Shown: one piece after another, positions 12,583 to 24,385 of the stretch
How positions within the stretch are numbered: position 1 is the first letter of the stretch
How the letters are laid out: each line of letters begins with the position of its first letter
NCBI RefSeq assembly: GCF_964204645.1
Contig: NC_134034.1
Location: 62,001-126,000, forward strand
Origin: Tubulanus polymorphus
Lineage: Eukaryota > Animalia > Nemertea
DNA: 64,000 nt
Direction: 5' to 3'
Made by a program: the position numbers and the translations under genes
Notes under the pieces: model-generated
The model's database searches: none
What the model was told of the DNA's origin: nothing
Seen by the model: only the letters and a program-made list of their open reading frames with translations

Positions 12583-15500
12583 CTATTTTCTGATCATTTT
12601 AGAACCAACGCCTAAAAATAAAAACATGACGCATTAATGCGCAACCACGTGACCCGAGGCAGAATGATAGCGGAGTTTATTTATAAGTACCTGTCACGTG
12701 ACACACCTCGGCGTCAATACCCAGTTGTAGAAAATGATCTAACCATAAAATCTGTTTGGTTGAAAGTCGATCGCCGGGTCCTTTAACTTCTACCAGCTAC
12801 ATAATAAAACACAGGTCATTAATGATGTGTGTGGTGTGTGTGTGGTGTGTGTGTGTGGTGTGTAGTGTGGTGTGTGGTGCGTGTGGTGAGTGTGAGTGGT
12901 GTGTGTGTGGTGTGTGTGTGGTGTGTGGCATGTGTTGTGTGTGTGGCGTGTGTGTGTGGTGTGTGTGTGTGTGTGTGGTGTGTGTAGTGTGGTGTGTGGT
13001 GAGTGTGAGTGGTGTGTGTGTGGTGTGTGGTGCGTGTGTGTAGTGTGGTGTGTGGTGTGTGGTGCGTGTGGTGAGTGTGAGTGGTGTGGTGTGGTGCGTT
13101 ACCTTTAAACAACCAGTCGTTGTATTCCAAACAGTTAAATCAGGAAACCCTGAACGCGTGTGTCTAAAGTCACGTGCTTGACGGCTGAATATACCGGACA
13201 GATTGTGACCACCTAAACACCGAACCAGACCCTATAACGAGAAACAACCGTATCATCACGAACCCAATTAGAACCAACAGTTAGAACCAGATAACAGGAT
13301 ACTCACCTTCACGTGATCTACAGATGAAAATAACTCCCAATTTAAACCGACACAAGAAACTCCGTAATATTGATTCCAGTTTTCATCGATTATATCACAT
13401 AAAACCTACGAGTAAAGTTTAAAATCACGAGTTACAGCTTCACACACAATACATGCATTCAATTTCATCAGTACCTGATTCGACGCCTCAGATATTTCTC
13501 GTAACCGGATGTCAAAGTCTACCACTCTGTTCTGGTAGAATTCTTCCGAGTAAATGTCTAGTGGCGCCATCTGGTAGGGCGTATAGAAAGTATCGGGTAT
13601 TCCAGGTTTGAAGATGATATCCCAGTTAAACAGAGCGAACAGAGTACAGAATGTTGAGCCTTCACCGTGTAGACCTACAATACATATCCTCAATTCACGG
13701 TGATACCAACCACTACCGCACTGGCTATCTATAAAATCCCCCTATGACATCATCTATTTCACTTCTAGTTATTGGAAATCGACACTTTTGCGTAAAAGTG
13801 GCTGAAAATTCGTAAGCAATATCATAGGAATCAGACATCTTTTCTAGAAGTGTCTATAGATCAAATCAGTAGTAGGCTAGATAATTTGATGATGTCATAG
13901 GGGGATTTTTTGAGACAACCATCATGTCGACTTTGAAGACTGACCTTGATCGAACCCGAGCTGTTGTTGATAATGTTTTAAAGCTACTTGTTCCACGCTG
14001 CATACAGTCATATCATCGCGACCTTCACCTTCACCTGACGTCTGCCGAGTGACAAAAACTGTTTTACGACCGGGAAGTTCTTTAGGACAAAGCTGTCCTT
14101 CGATCGTCACCTAAAACAATAAGATTAAATTCAATGTTTGTATGAGTTTAAACAGAGTTCTGTGTGAGATGCGATTCTACCGTCGGTGCCGTCCTGATTT
14201 CAGGTTGTTTAAATTCATCCTTCCACTTTTTACTCAGTTTTGAATTGTGTTTTGCGGCGCAGATTTTCTCAGCTCTTTGATACAGCGACAGACGGCGTCC
14301 TGTTTTAACGTGTTTGTCCTCAACACCGCGTTTTATCGCTTCTAAAGCCTTTAATTCAAAACACAACAAAACTTAATTAATTCATGATAAAGCAATGAAA
14401 CGAGTGTTGTGTGGCCTGGCACTCCTGCAGTCGAGCTTCACCAGCTCCTGAGATACAACTGCTCATTGAATTGTCAGTGGTCTCCCCTTAGCAGCATGCA
14501 CCTATCAGATGGGGATGCTTGTTCTTGATAGTTTGGATCTTGGATTCTATTGGATGCTTGCGGTGGTGACAGGCACGATTTTTCAAGGGAGATTTGAAGG
14601 AGAAACTAGGAAGACCTTATTAAATCACGATAGCTACGTTCATTTAGATTCGTACCTGAACTGGTTTTCTCAAATGTGTGTCGAGATTCAAGGCTAATCT
14701 GTCCCACCACTGACCCCGGTACAGCCAACAATAATCACGTGTTTGAAGTAGTTGGCGTAATGTTAAAACAGCCTCGTTAAATCTCTTCAGTTTCTGTAGA
14801 GCTTCAACTCCGTGATACATCAATCTCATACACACACTAACTACACTGAATACTCGTAAATACGACACCAGTTCAAGGTCGTGTCTGTAATAAAATATTA
14901 TAATCATTAATTCTTATAGATAATCCTAATCCTTATAGATAATCCTGATCCAAACACTGAAAATAACATCATTAACACTGTGATATATCAGACGGAGTGA
15001 ATTCAGTACCTGAGGAGATCTTTATCCTGAATAATCTCAGTGAATTCAGTCGTCGTTTTGTGGTGAATATCAACAGCAGCTTCAAACTCATGTTTATCCA
15101 AAAACGATTTCATATCGATTACCATCTGTAGACAATTCTACAATAAACAAACAATTCATATCTTCAATAATTGATTCCTGGATCCAATATTTTATTGATG
15201 GAGTTTTCCTTTACCTGGTATCTGATCAAATCGTCTCTCGATCGGAATATCCTGGACGGGTTTTGACTCAGTGTGTACGTAGGGTAGACCAGGTGCCCTC
15301 GATTGACCTGTAACAGATGAAACAGTTGCTCCCCCTGCTGGTTGTGATCGGTATCATCTGCCGAGACGGACGAACTCAAAGAGAACAGCATCATCAGTCG
15401 AAGAAACACAGAACGAGGTTCACAGACGAGTTTATAGCAGCGACCCAATAACTGTTTACATCTACAACAAAAACAATAACTGTTTACATCTACAACAAAA

Positions 15501-16893
15501 CCAATAACTGTTTACATCTACAACAAAAACAATAACTGTTTACATCTACAACGAAACCCAATAACTGTTTAACACATTAAGATGAACCTACCTTTTTAAA
15601 ACAGTTTGTTTGATGTCACTTTTAAAGCCGAACATTGTCCCGATATTTCTCTGCGTCACATGTTTATGTATGTCAGTAACAAGTTGAGTTCTGGATGTTT
15701 TATCAGTCTGTAGTTTCAGGGATGCGGCAACTGTTCTCAATTCAGGCGCTGGTAAAACCTGCAAACACTCATCAACATCGCATATCTGAGATTCATCCAG
15801 CAGAAACCCGGCGCTGACCAAACGATCCAAATTACCATCTAAATTCAAACCAATTCGAGGATATTTTATCTTTTTTAACAGAATCCATTTGTGTTTACGC
15901 TGGAAAAGTTTCACGTAGAGTTTTTTATCGTTTAAAGTCAGAAACGAATCGGAATCAAAAACTTTGATGAAATCACGATCGGCGTCGTTTAATAAATACC
16001 CGTAGTTTTCATTATTCATCACTGTTTTCATTATAAATGCAAAGTTTTCGAGAAAATACGGAACAGAATCATCAGAACTTTCTTCATTTACAGCATCAGC
16101 ATCGGGTTGGGTTTCAGCGGGTGAGTTCTGATGCTGCTCGGGTTGGATTTCAGCGGGTGAGTTCTGATGCTGCTCGGGTTGGATTTCAGCGGGTGAGTTC
16201 TGATGCTGCTCGGGTTGGATTTCAGCGGGTGAGTTCTGATGCTGCTCGGGTTGGATTTCAGCGGATGAGTTCTGATGCTGCTCGGGTTGGATTTCAGCGG
16301 ATGAGTTCTGATGCTGCTCGGGTTGGATTTCAGCGGATGAGTTCTGATGCTGCTCGGGTTGGATTTCAGCGGGTGAGTTCTGATGCTGCTCGGGTTGGAT
16401 TTCAGCGGGTGAGTTCTGATGCTGCTCGGGTTGGATTTCAGCGGGTGAGTTCTGATGCTGCTCGGGTTGGATTTCAGCGGATGAGTTCTGATGCTGCTCG
16501 GGTTGGATTTCAGAGGGCTCAGGTCCATTGTTTTGGTCGCCCTCCTCTAAATACTGACCATCTCGATCATGTGCATTCATCGTATGACCTTCTACAATCT
16601 GACAATCATCTAACCTTGCACAATCTTCCAAATTTTGTGGTTCCGAATTTTCGTCAGGATTTAAGCGTTTTTCATGTAAAGATATTTTCTGCTGTTTGAC
16701 GTTTTTTATTGTTTTTGACGAATTTTCATCGTAACTTCTTTTAATTGGACGAGTTCCATTTTTAATCGACATAACTTCACAATGATCTGAATTCACAGCT
16801 GAATCCGCAGCTGAATTCACAGCTGAATCCGCAGCTGAATTCGCAGCTGAATTTGAAAGCTTTCTTCGTTTAGAGAGATTCAATTTTCCACCC

Positions 16894-16929
<36 letters not shown>

Positions 16930-17231
16930 CCAGCAGCAGCTGCAGGACGCTTTGAATGTTTGAGATTTAAATCACGTCCATTATTTTCAGCCACATTAAA
17001 ATAAGGTGATTTTTCTGAATTGGTAGATTTGATCATTTCATCATTCCCTTCATTCTCACTCTCATCATCAACAATCACAATTACGGGATCCTCGCCGGGT
17101 TTAAACCCAGTTTTAGGTTTTGCGAGGCGCTGGGTTTTTTTAGTTTTCCCGAAAGATTCAAACAGAGTCATCTGGTTATTATTTCGCTGATTTCTGGATT
17201 CAGCCGAGTTTGACCGAGATTTAGACGACAT
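12583..17231 (-). CDS. FAN1: Fanconi-associated nuclease 1; exons 17231-15592, 15461-15215, 15137-15010, 14884-14656, 14348-14181, 14110-13945, 13674-13475, 13405-13307, 13231-13103, 12796-12691, 12611-12583
   Basis: PYFLENF and [13 protein letters not shown]...IKYP (N-terminal helical region), SAP-like [18 protein letters not shown]-region [32 protein letters not shown], and VRR-NUC catalytic SGFPDLTVW...[18 protein letters not shown], ending GVGSKMIRK*. All 10 introns are GT-AG and phase-consistent. Confidence 0.96.
12825..13096. repeat. GT/GTG-rich low-complexity intronic repeat
   Basis: Mosaic of (gt)n and gtgtg filling the FAN1 intron between 13103 and 12796. Confidence 0.9.
13728..13914. 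mobile_element. MITE-like element: inverted pair of the dispersed gatgatgtcatagggggatt repeat, in a FAN1 intron
   Basis: Left tctataaaatccccctatgacatcatc and right gatgatgtcatagggggattttttgaga form ~27-bp imperfect inverted repeats ~185 bp apart. Confidence 0.5.
15446..15570. repeat. 28-bp tandem repeat (~4.5 copies) of the FAN1 intron 1/exon 2 acceptor junction
   Basis: Gene-strand unit ttttgttgtag|atgtaaacagttattg. Confidence 0.9.
16102..16512 (-). repeat. Coding 36-bp minisatellite in FAN1 exon 1 ([10 protein letters not shown][P/S]A x11)
   Basis: In-frame 12-aa repeat in ORF 15588..17246. Confidence 0.95.
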
Positions 17232-17813
17232 TTCCACCTCGAACAAGGTACCACGAGAAGTTGATCTTTAAGATGGGAGGTGAGTTTGGTTAGATCGTCC
17301 TATAGGGGTCACCCCTACCGACCCCTAGCGGAGTTACAGCCTAGCACTATCGTATATTTTCATTTTTCATTCCTCTTCAAACTTTACTCGACCAATTTCA
17401 CAGTTTTTCGGCCCCGAATTCAATATTTTTCCGTTTTTCTCGAACTGTCAAAATAATTTGAAGAATATGTTGCGCTGCAGCGGTATCAGTTTTTCATATA
17501 ACATCGATTTATGTTGACGAAAGAAATTAAATTTTTTCTCAGTCAAAATAATCAGAACTGATTGATATCTATTGCTAAAGAATTTTGTGAATTCATATGA
17601 ATTCTTAAAGAGAGTCATTTGTGATAATCGAAGATAAATCAGTTTTTAACCGATCGAGTTTTGATGTGACAATCCAATGCAATTCAATTCAAAGTTTATT
17701 GTGTCAGAAAAAGCGCTGAATTTAATTATTACTTCCGGGAAAGTGTTTTTTCCAAACGACGAGAAAAAGAGTGAGGAGAACTGGACGAGGAGGAGAAGGA
17801 GAAGGATTAAAAG

Positions 17814-18338
17814 ATGCGGCAGCTGACGACAAGCGATGCGCCAGACTCTGTTCGAAAACGTGTTCAATTTAGCGAAGATGAAGATGACGATTCCTCGGGC
17901 GCCGGCGGCGGCGGGAATGATATTGGTGACAGGAAAAATAAAAGATCATTCGCCTCCTCGTTACCAGCTCGTAAATCACTGCTCAGACTCACAGATACCT
18001 TATCGTCAGTCTCCTCTAACCGCGACATTGCTGAGGAGAACAGTTTAATGGAATACTTGTTTATCGCTAAATCTTTCCTCCTTTTCACTCCCTGTTTATC
18101 GATCATCTTCATTATTTCTCTTGTTATACTCTTCGTGTTCATCAGTTTTTGCGGTAAGTTTGAATAAAACCCCAGGGTCGGGTGGAGAAGGGGGTCTGGT
18201 TTCACCCCCCACCCCGACTAGCATCCTCGGACACAGTCAGACAGTCCCCAGTTTAACTCAACTTTCTATAAATTGTTCTTCATTGTTTTTCAGTTTATCC
18301 TGATATTTTATCTGTTGATACTGATCAGAATTCTACAG

Positions 18339-18377
<39 letters not shown>

Positions 18378-19295
18378 TAGTCACAGACTGGGCTTTATAC
18401 TGGCACCAAAATACAGCGCTATATGTTATTGGTAATAATCACTCTCACACACCCTCCCTCTCCCTCCCTCTCTCTCTCTCCCCTCTCCTCCCTCCCTCTC
18501 TCCTCGCTGTGCTCTCTCTCTCTCTCTCTCCCCTCTCTCCTCACACCCTCCCTCTCTCTCTCCTCCCTCCCTCTCCCCTCTCCTCCCTCTCTCTCTCCTT
18601 CCTCTCTCCTCGCTGTGCTCTCCCCTCTCTCCTCTCCCCTCTCCTCTCTCCTCACACCCTACCTCTCTCTCCCCTCTCCTCTCTCTCCTCACACCCTCCC
18701 TCCCCCTCCTCTGTGCTCTCTCTCCCCTCTCTCCTCACACCCTCTCTCCTCTCTCTCACTCTCTCTCCTCTCTCTCTCTCCCCACTCTCTCCTCTCCCCG
18801 CTCATGCTCTTCTCTCTATTTCAGTGTTTATAGGCAGTATATTATTATCAGTATTGATTGGTTGTATGTGCGGAGGTTATGCTTGTATGATGGTTTATTT
18901 CGACAGTTTGGAGCCCGGAGTTTGTCCTCCAACTCCAGTCTCTCCAACAAACGTTAAGTAAGTTACAATGAACACTGAATGAATGACTGCACTCGACGTC
19001 ATTTGAGAAAATCTTCCAATGTCTATCCATCAGATTTTACGTAAAAAGCTACTAGTCCTAGATTTCTGGTCACACCTTTCTGAAACTTCTGAAACTATAT
19101 GGAATCTATGAACCGGCCTAGGCTTACAGAAATACTGGATCCTGATCCCTAATTGTATGTTTTTGTTTTCCTAGGAGAGATTCAGGTCATACTATTCATA
19201 TAAGTTATGGGATGTGTATATTGAATGGTTTTGCGATGTTTGCCGTTGTTCTCTGGTATTTACAAGATCAATATCTGCTACTCTACAATCAGTGA
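17814..19295 (+). CDS. ARL6IP6: ARL6-interacting protein 6-like membrane protein; exons 17814-18153, 18294-18431, 18825-18957, 19175-19295
   Basis: Three hydrophobic segments and the C-terminal signature YFDSLEPGVCPPTPVSPTNVKRDSGHTIHISYGMCILNG, which matches the ARL6IP6 YFDSxEPGxxPPTPxSP...GHxxHxxYxxxxLNG pattern. Junctions are GT-AG and phase-consistent. Confidence 0.88.
18442..18818. repeat. CT-rich low-complexity intron
   Basis: Near-pure C/T between ARL6IP6 exons 2 and 3. Confidence 0.9.
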
Positions 19296-19779
19296 CTGAC
19301 CTCTTGTGACCTCTCGTGACCAGCAGCAGTGAATTCTACCTCTTGTGACCAGCAGCAGTTAATTCTACCTCTTGTGACCAGCAGCAGTGAACTCTACCTC
19401 TTGTGACCAGCAGCAGTGAACTCTACCTCTTGTGACCAGCAGCAGTGAACTCCTACCTCTTGTGACCAGCAGCAGTGAACTCTACCTCTTGTGACCAGCA
19501 GCAGTGAACTCTACCTCTTGTGACCAGCAGCAGTGAACTCTACCTCTTGTGACCAGCAGCAGTGAACTCCTACCTCTTGTGACCAGCAGCAGTGAACTCC
19601 TACCTCTTGTGACCAGCAGCAGTGAACTCCTACCTCTTGTGACCAGCAGCAGTGAACTCCTACCTCTTGTGACCAGCAGCAGTGAACTCCTACCTCTTGT
19701 GACCAGCAGCAGTGAACTCTACCTCTTGTGACCAGCAGCAGTGAACTCCTACCTCTTGTGACCAGCAGCAGTGAACTCT
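19296..19779. repeat. 29/30-bp minisatellite (~16 copies) starting at the ARL6IP6 stop codon
   Basis: Unit tgaccagcagcagtgaactc(c)tacctcttg. Confidence 0.95.
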
Positions 19780-19879
19780 CACCGGCCGGCCGCCCGGGTG
19801 GGTGCCCCTGCAATCAGTGAGTTTGATGCATGTGAATTTAAAAGATGCATGCATTTCAAATAATTTGTCTCATTTTCAC

Positions 19880-20690
19880 CACCCCTCCCTCTCCCAGCTG
19901 ACAGAGACAAACCCTGATGCACCCCTCCCTCTCCCGGCTGACAGAGACAAACCCTGATGCACCCCTCCCTCTCCCGGCTGGCAGAGACAAACCCTGATGC
20001 ACCCCTCCCTCTCCCAGCTGACAGAGACAAACCCTGATGCACCCCTCCCTCTCCCAGCTGACAGAGACAAACCCTGATGCACCCCTCCCTCTCCCGGCTG
20101 ACAGAGACAAACCCTGATGCACCCCTCCCTCTCCCAGCTGACAGAGACAAACCCTGATGCACCCCTCCCTCTCCCAGCTGACAGAGACAAACCCTGATGC
20201 ACCCTCCCTCTCCCGGCTGACAGAGACAAACCCTGATGCACCCCTCCCTCTCCCAGCTGACAGAGACAAACCCTGATGCACCCCTCCCTCTCCCGGCTGA
20301 CAGAGACAAACCCTGATGCACCCCTCCCTCTCCCAGCTGACAGAGACAAACCCTGATGCACCCCTCCCTCTCCCGGCTGACAGAGACAAACCCTGATGCA
20401 CCCCTCCCTCTCCCGGCTGACAGAGACAAACCCTGATGCACCCCTCCCTCTCCCAGCTGACAGAGACAAACCCTGATGCACCCCTCCCTCTCCCGGCTGA
20501 CAGAGACAAACCCTGATGCACCCCTCCCTCTCCCGGCTGAAAGAGACGAACCCTGATGCACCCCTCCCTCTCCCGGCTGACAGAGACAAACCCTGATGCA
20601 CCCCTCCCTCTCCCGGCTGACAGAGACGAACCCTGATGCACCCCTCCCTCTCCCGGCTGACAGAGACGAACCCTGATGCACCCCTCCCGG
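19880..20690. repeat. 40-bp minisatellite (~20 copies)
   Basis: Unit cacccctccctctccc(g/a)gctgacagagacaaaccctgatg. Confidence 0.95.
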
Positions 20691-23600
20691 CTTAAGAACT
20701 TTTTTTTGGAAGATGTGCTGGTAAAATGCTTGCATGTTTTTATGTATGTTACAAATAAATTGAATAGATTGAGGCATGTTGGGTGATTTTAGTCTTGTTT
20801 ATTTCTTAATTCACAAAGACGACTGTAAGACAACTAACATCTTCTAAACCTGTGAATAATCAGTCTCTAATGCGCAGTAACCTCGAGCACGCTAACCCAT
20901 TACACCACACGGCTGATAGTCAGTGACTGGTAACCAGTGTGAAGAGTGGTGACTGACCGATCGACTATTGAGGCTACTGCGGGCGCTAAACATATAGCCC
21001 GATATCAGTAAAGGAAGGATTTTAGTTTTTTAAGGGTGGGGCACCGTTTGTATAGACGTCTCTAGCCGGTTTTAGACGAGCCCGATTTAAGCAGAAATTC
21101 TAGATTCAGACAGATATGACGACAACCGCGCGATACTACGAATTAAAAATCCATTCCTTTCATGAAGATTAATTCTCTCCATAGAGAAAGAGAGAGAGAG
21201 AGAAAGATTACTGGCGTCTATGAATTACTCTGAAATCCGATCAAATATTGAAAGGAATTTTAGACAGTAAACGGCTTTGTAACAGTAACAGTTCATACTG
21301 AAATATATCTCGAGTTCGGCCAAGCGGGTGGTCAGTGTAGGTTTATACACAGCTGAGGCCTGAGACGGCGCGGTCAAGCGAACCAGTCACGTCTTACAAT
21401 CTTATTAATAGCCGTACTTTAACAGATCCTTCAGTTGATAGTAAGATAATTATTCAGACATTAAATATGAATTTACGTAAGGATTTCGTTAGAATTCGAA
21501 CTGGAATTCGCGTGTGGAATTGATATGATTCATATATTAGCAATTGCTTTAAATGTTTGTTTTGCACGCGTTGAGTGTTGAGAATTCGTAATCCAAGGCT
21601 AGGATAGGACTATCGCAGCAGCAGCAGTCCTGGAGCCGCCCTGCGCCCTGGAGCCGCCCTGTATTGTCGGTAAGAATACTATAGTATTGGATATTATATA
21701 CATCGATTTGTGGATGGTAAAAGTTTTCCGGTAGATTTCTGTTGTTAATGAGATAAGACCAAGTCTATTTAGTTGACCACGTTAACCCTATCTGTTCTTG
21801 GCATTTTCTGGGTTCAATTTCACGAAAATTCGTAAGCTTTTAAAAAAAAAAACAGAACGAAAATATGAATTAAACAATAGCATTTAAGACAAATTTAACG
21901 TGAAGCTAAGACCTCATCTTTTGACCAGTAGAATTTGGATTTCTGATGGCGCTTATCAAGGTTTATCAAGATCTCGATATTCGTAGACGCCTGGACTAGT
22001 GTTAACCTTGTAGGCGCCCGGAGGTCTCAATGTAGACGCCCGGAGGTTTCAATGTAGACGCCCGGAGGTCTCAATGTAGACGCCCGGAGGTTTCTAGATT
22101 ATTATTGTCTACAAATGAAGACGGTTTTTCATTGAAGCCACAAATCGATTTTGACAAGTAGAAAATTGAGTTGATTCACAACAGAAAGAGAAAATAGATC
22201 AATTGTTCTTTCCATTTTACCACGAGATGATTAACTGTCTCTACTCGGCGCACCGCACGACGCTATTAGAGCAAATGTCAACTCGTTAAGAGAAACGACG
22301 ATTGAAAAATGTAAATTTTACCGACGAACCGTCGATATAGATTGTAATATGCAGATTTGTGTTTTTGAAAAAAAGCTCCTCCAATCTTACTGATGAGAAT
22401 TGTGCGCCGTTTGAGCGGAGATCACTCAGACTATCTGCTGTAATTGACTCCGCGATTAAACTCGCATTCATGAGATCTCGCGAGAAATACCGAGATCTCG
22501 TCATTTATAGAAACTGCGAATGAATAAAATCTGTTCATTAAAACTCGATACAGCTCTAGTAACGGGTGGGGGAGGGGGAGGGGAGGAGGGAGGGGTGGGA
22601 GGGGCCCTCGCAGTCCCAGGACCCGGCTATCTCTCTACCGGGGTACTACGTTTTACAAAATATCATTGTGAACTTGAAATTTGAATGGATGAATCGCCCA
22701 TAAAAAATGCAGAGGTACCATAACCCCCTAACCCCTCGATTCACACTGTTTCTGGAACTGGGTTCCCGGTTTCGGCAACTATAGGTTCATGGTTTTGGGA
22801 TTTAATCGCAGCCGTTTTCAAAAACCGTTTTGAAAATTATTGATGATCGAAAGACTTTTATCGAAAGACGAAAATCGAATGATGGTGATAAAATATTCTC
22901 ATTCATCGCCGAATGAAAAATGTTCGGTTCTCGCAGCAGCAGCGGCGGCAGAGATAAGATTTATAACTGGAGAATTCGAATTGAACTTTTCGCCCGTTCG
23001 TCCTCAAATTGAGAGAGATAGAACATGATTTTATTGCACTATTCGTTAAAGAGTCCTCGATTCCGGTTCTGTTTAAAACAGCGATTTATATCTCTATCTT
23101 TAAATCGATTTTTACTTTTTTACTTAACCGAATTGCGCAACCGTAAAAATATCCGATATTTCAAAATGGAATTTGATCGCGAGTCGATTCGCTTGTAGAG
23201 AATAAATCACACCACCACAAAAATGTTTTTAATCCTCTCTCTCTGCACTTTACTTTATTGGACCGAAGGTAATTCAACGACTGAATAGAGACTAAAGACT
23301 GTAAAACAATTCTATTCGAATAACCAGGATCGATGGGGGGGGGGGTCGGAAGGGGGACGGGGTAAGGGGGTCCAGGGGGGCTTGTACGATATTCTGAACA
23401 GACTTTTAGAATGAAACAAGTTCAGTTTCTGTTACATAAAACATATACTAGGTTGAACGGTTTATTACAATAAAACAACTGGGGGTACCCATCAGTGCGG
23501 ACGTGTACCCCTAACCCCTTTACAAATTGTCAGTACAATATCACATCCATCAGCAGCTGTTGAGCTGCTGTGGATGATGTAGACAGACTGAGAGCTGATG

Positions 23601-23994
23601 TGATGATGTGTGGCTAGTCATGTGAAATAATTGAAGTGACGTTTAAATTGCGACCAGGTCCCGCAGCGCACACCGTCGCGCACACTAACCACGGTTTAAT
23701 TATCGAATTCAAATGGTTCTATCGTGTGCCCTATAGCGCGCGCTGAGCAGCGACAGACGACCAATTCTCTAAATTCACTCTCGTCTTTAAATTACATCCT
23801 CCAATTTCCACTGATTACAGGACGACACCAGTTTAAAATACTTGTCAAATTTTATTCTAACAAGTAACATATAACCTCGGGGTCGCTGAGTGACGTGGAT
23901 CTGCGCAACACAAACATATCTATTTCACCCGTGATGTTTTCTCGAACCAATGCCTGGAACCTACTGCTCAAAAGTCTGTTTAAAGTTAAAGTTC

Positions 23995-24385
23995 TGAACT
24001 CAATTCCACAGTACAGGATCCAGTTCCACAGTACAGAATCCAGTTCCACAGTACAGGATCCAGTTCCACAGTTCTGGACTCAGTTCCACAGTTCTGGACC
24101 CAGTCCCACAGTTACTGGACCCAGTCTCACAGTTCTGGACCCAGTTCCACAGTACAGGATCCAGTTCCACAGTTAGTGGATCCAGTTCCACAGCACAGGA
24201 TCCAGTCCCACAGTTCTTGATCCAGTTCCACAGTACAGGATCCAGTTCCACAGTTAGTGGATCCAGTTCCACACTTCTGGACTCAGTTCCACACTTCTGG
24301 ACTCAGTTCCACAAGTTCTGGAACCAGTTCCACAGTTCTGGACCCAGTCCTACAGTTCTGGACTCAGTTCCACAGTTGTGGACTC
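23995..24385. repeat. ~20-bp degenerate array of the dispersed 'ccagttccacagt' family
   Basis: Repeated ggatccagttccacagttct-like units; the same core occurs at 1680-1765, 26455-26575, 27120-27270, 38400-38480, 50150-50320 and 60605-60700. Confidence 0.9.

Noticed and set aside
16037-16699. Antisense and alternate-frame ORFs over FAN1 exon 1
   Set aside because: By-products of the 36-bp coding repeat.
19779-20777. Long repeat ORFs in three frames (also 28940-29815, 43059-43826, 44921-46858, 57543-58000)
   Set aside because: Open only because the repeat units lack stops; no splice context or domain signal.
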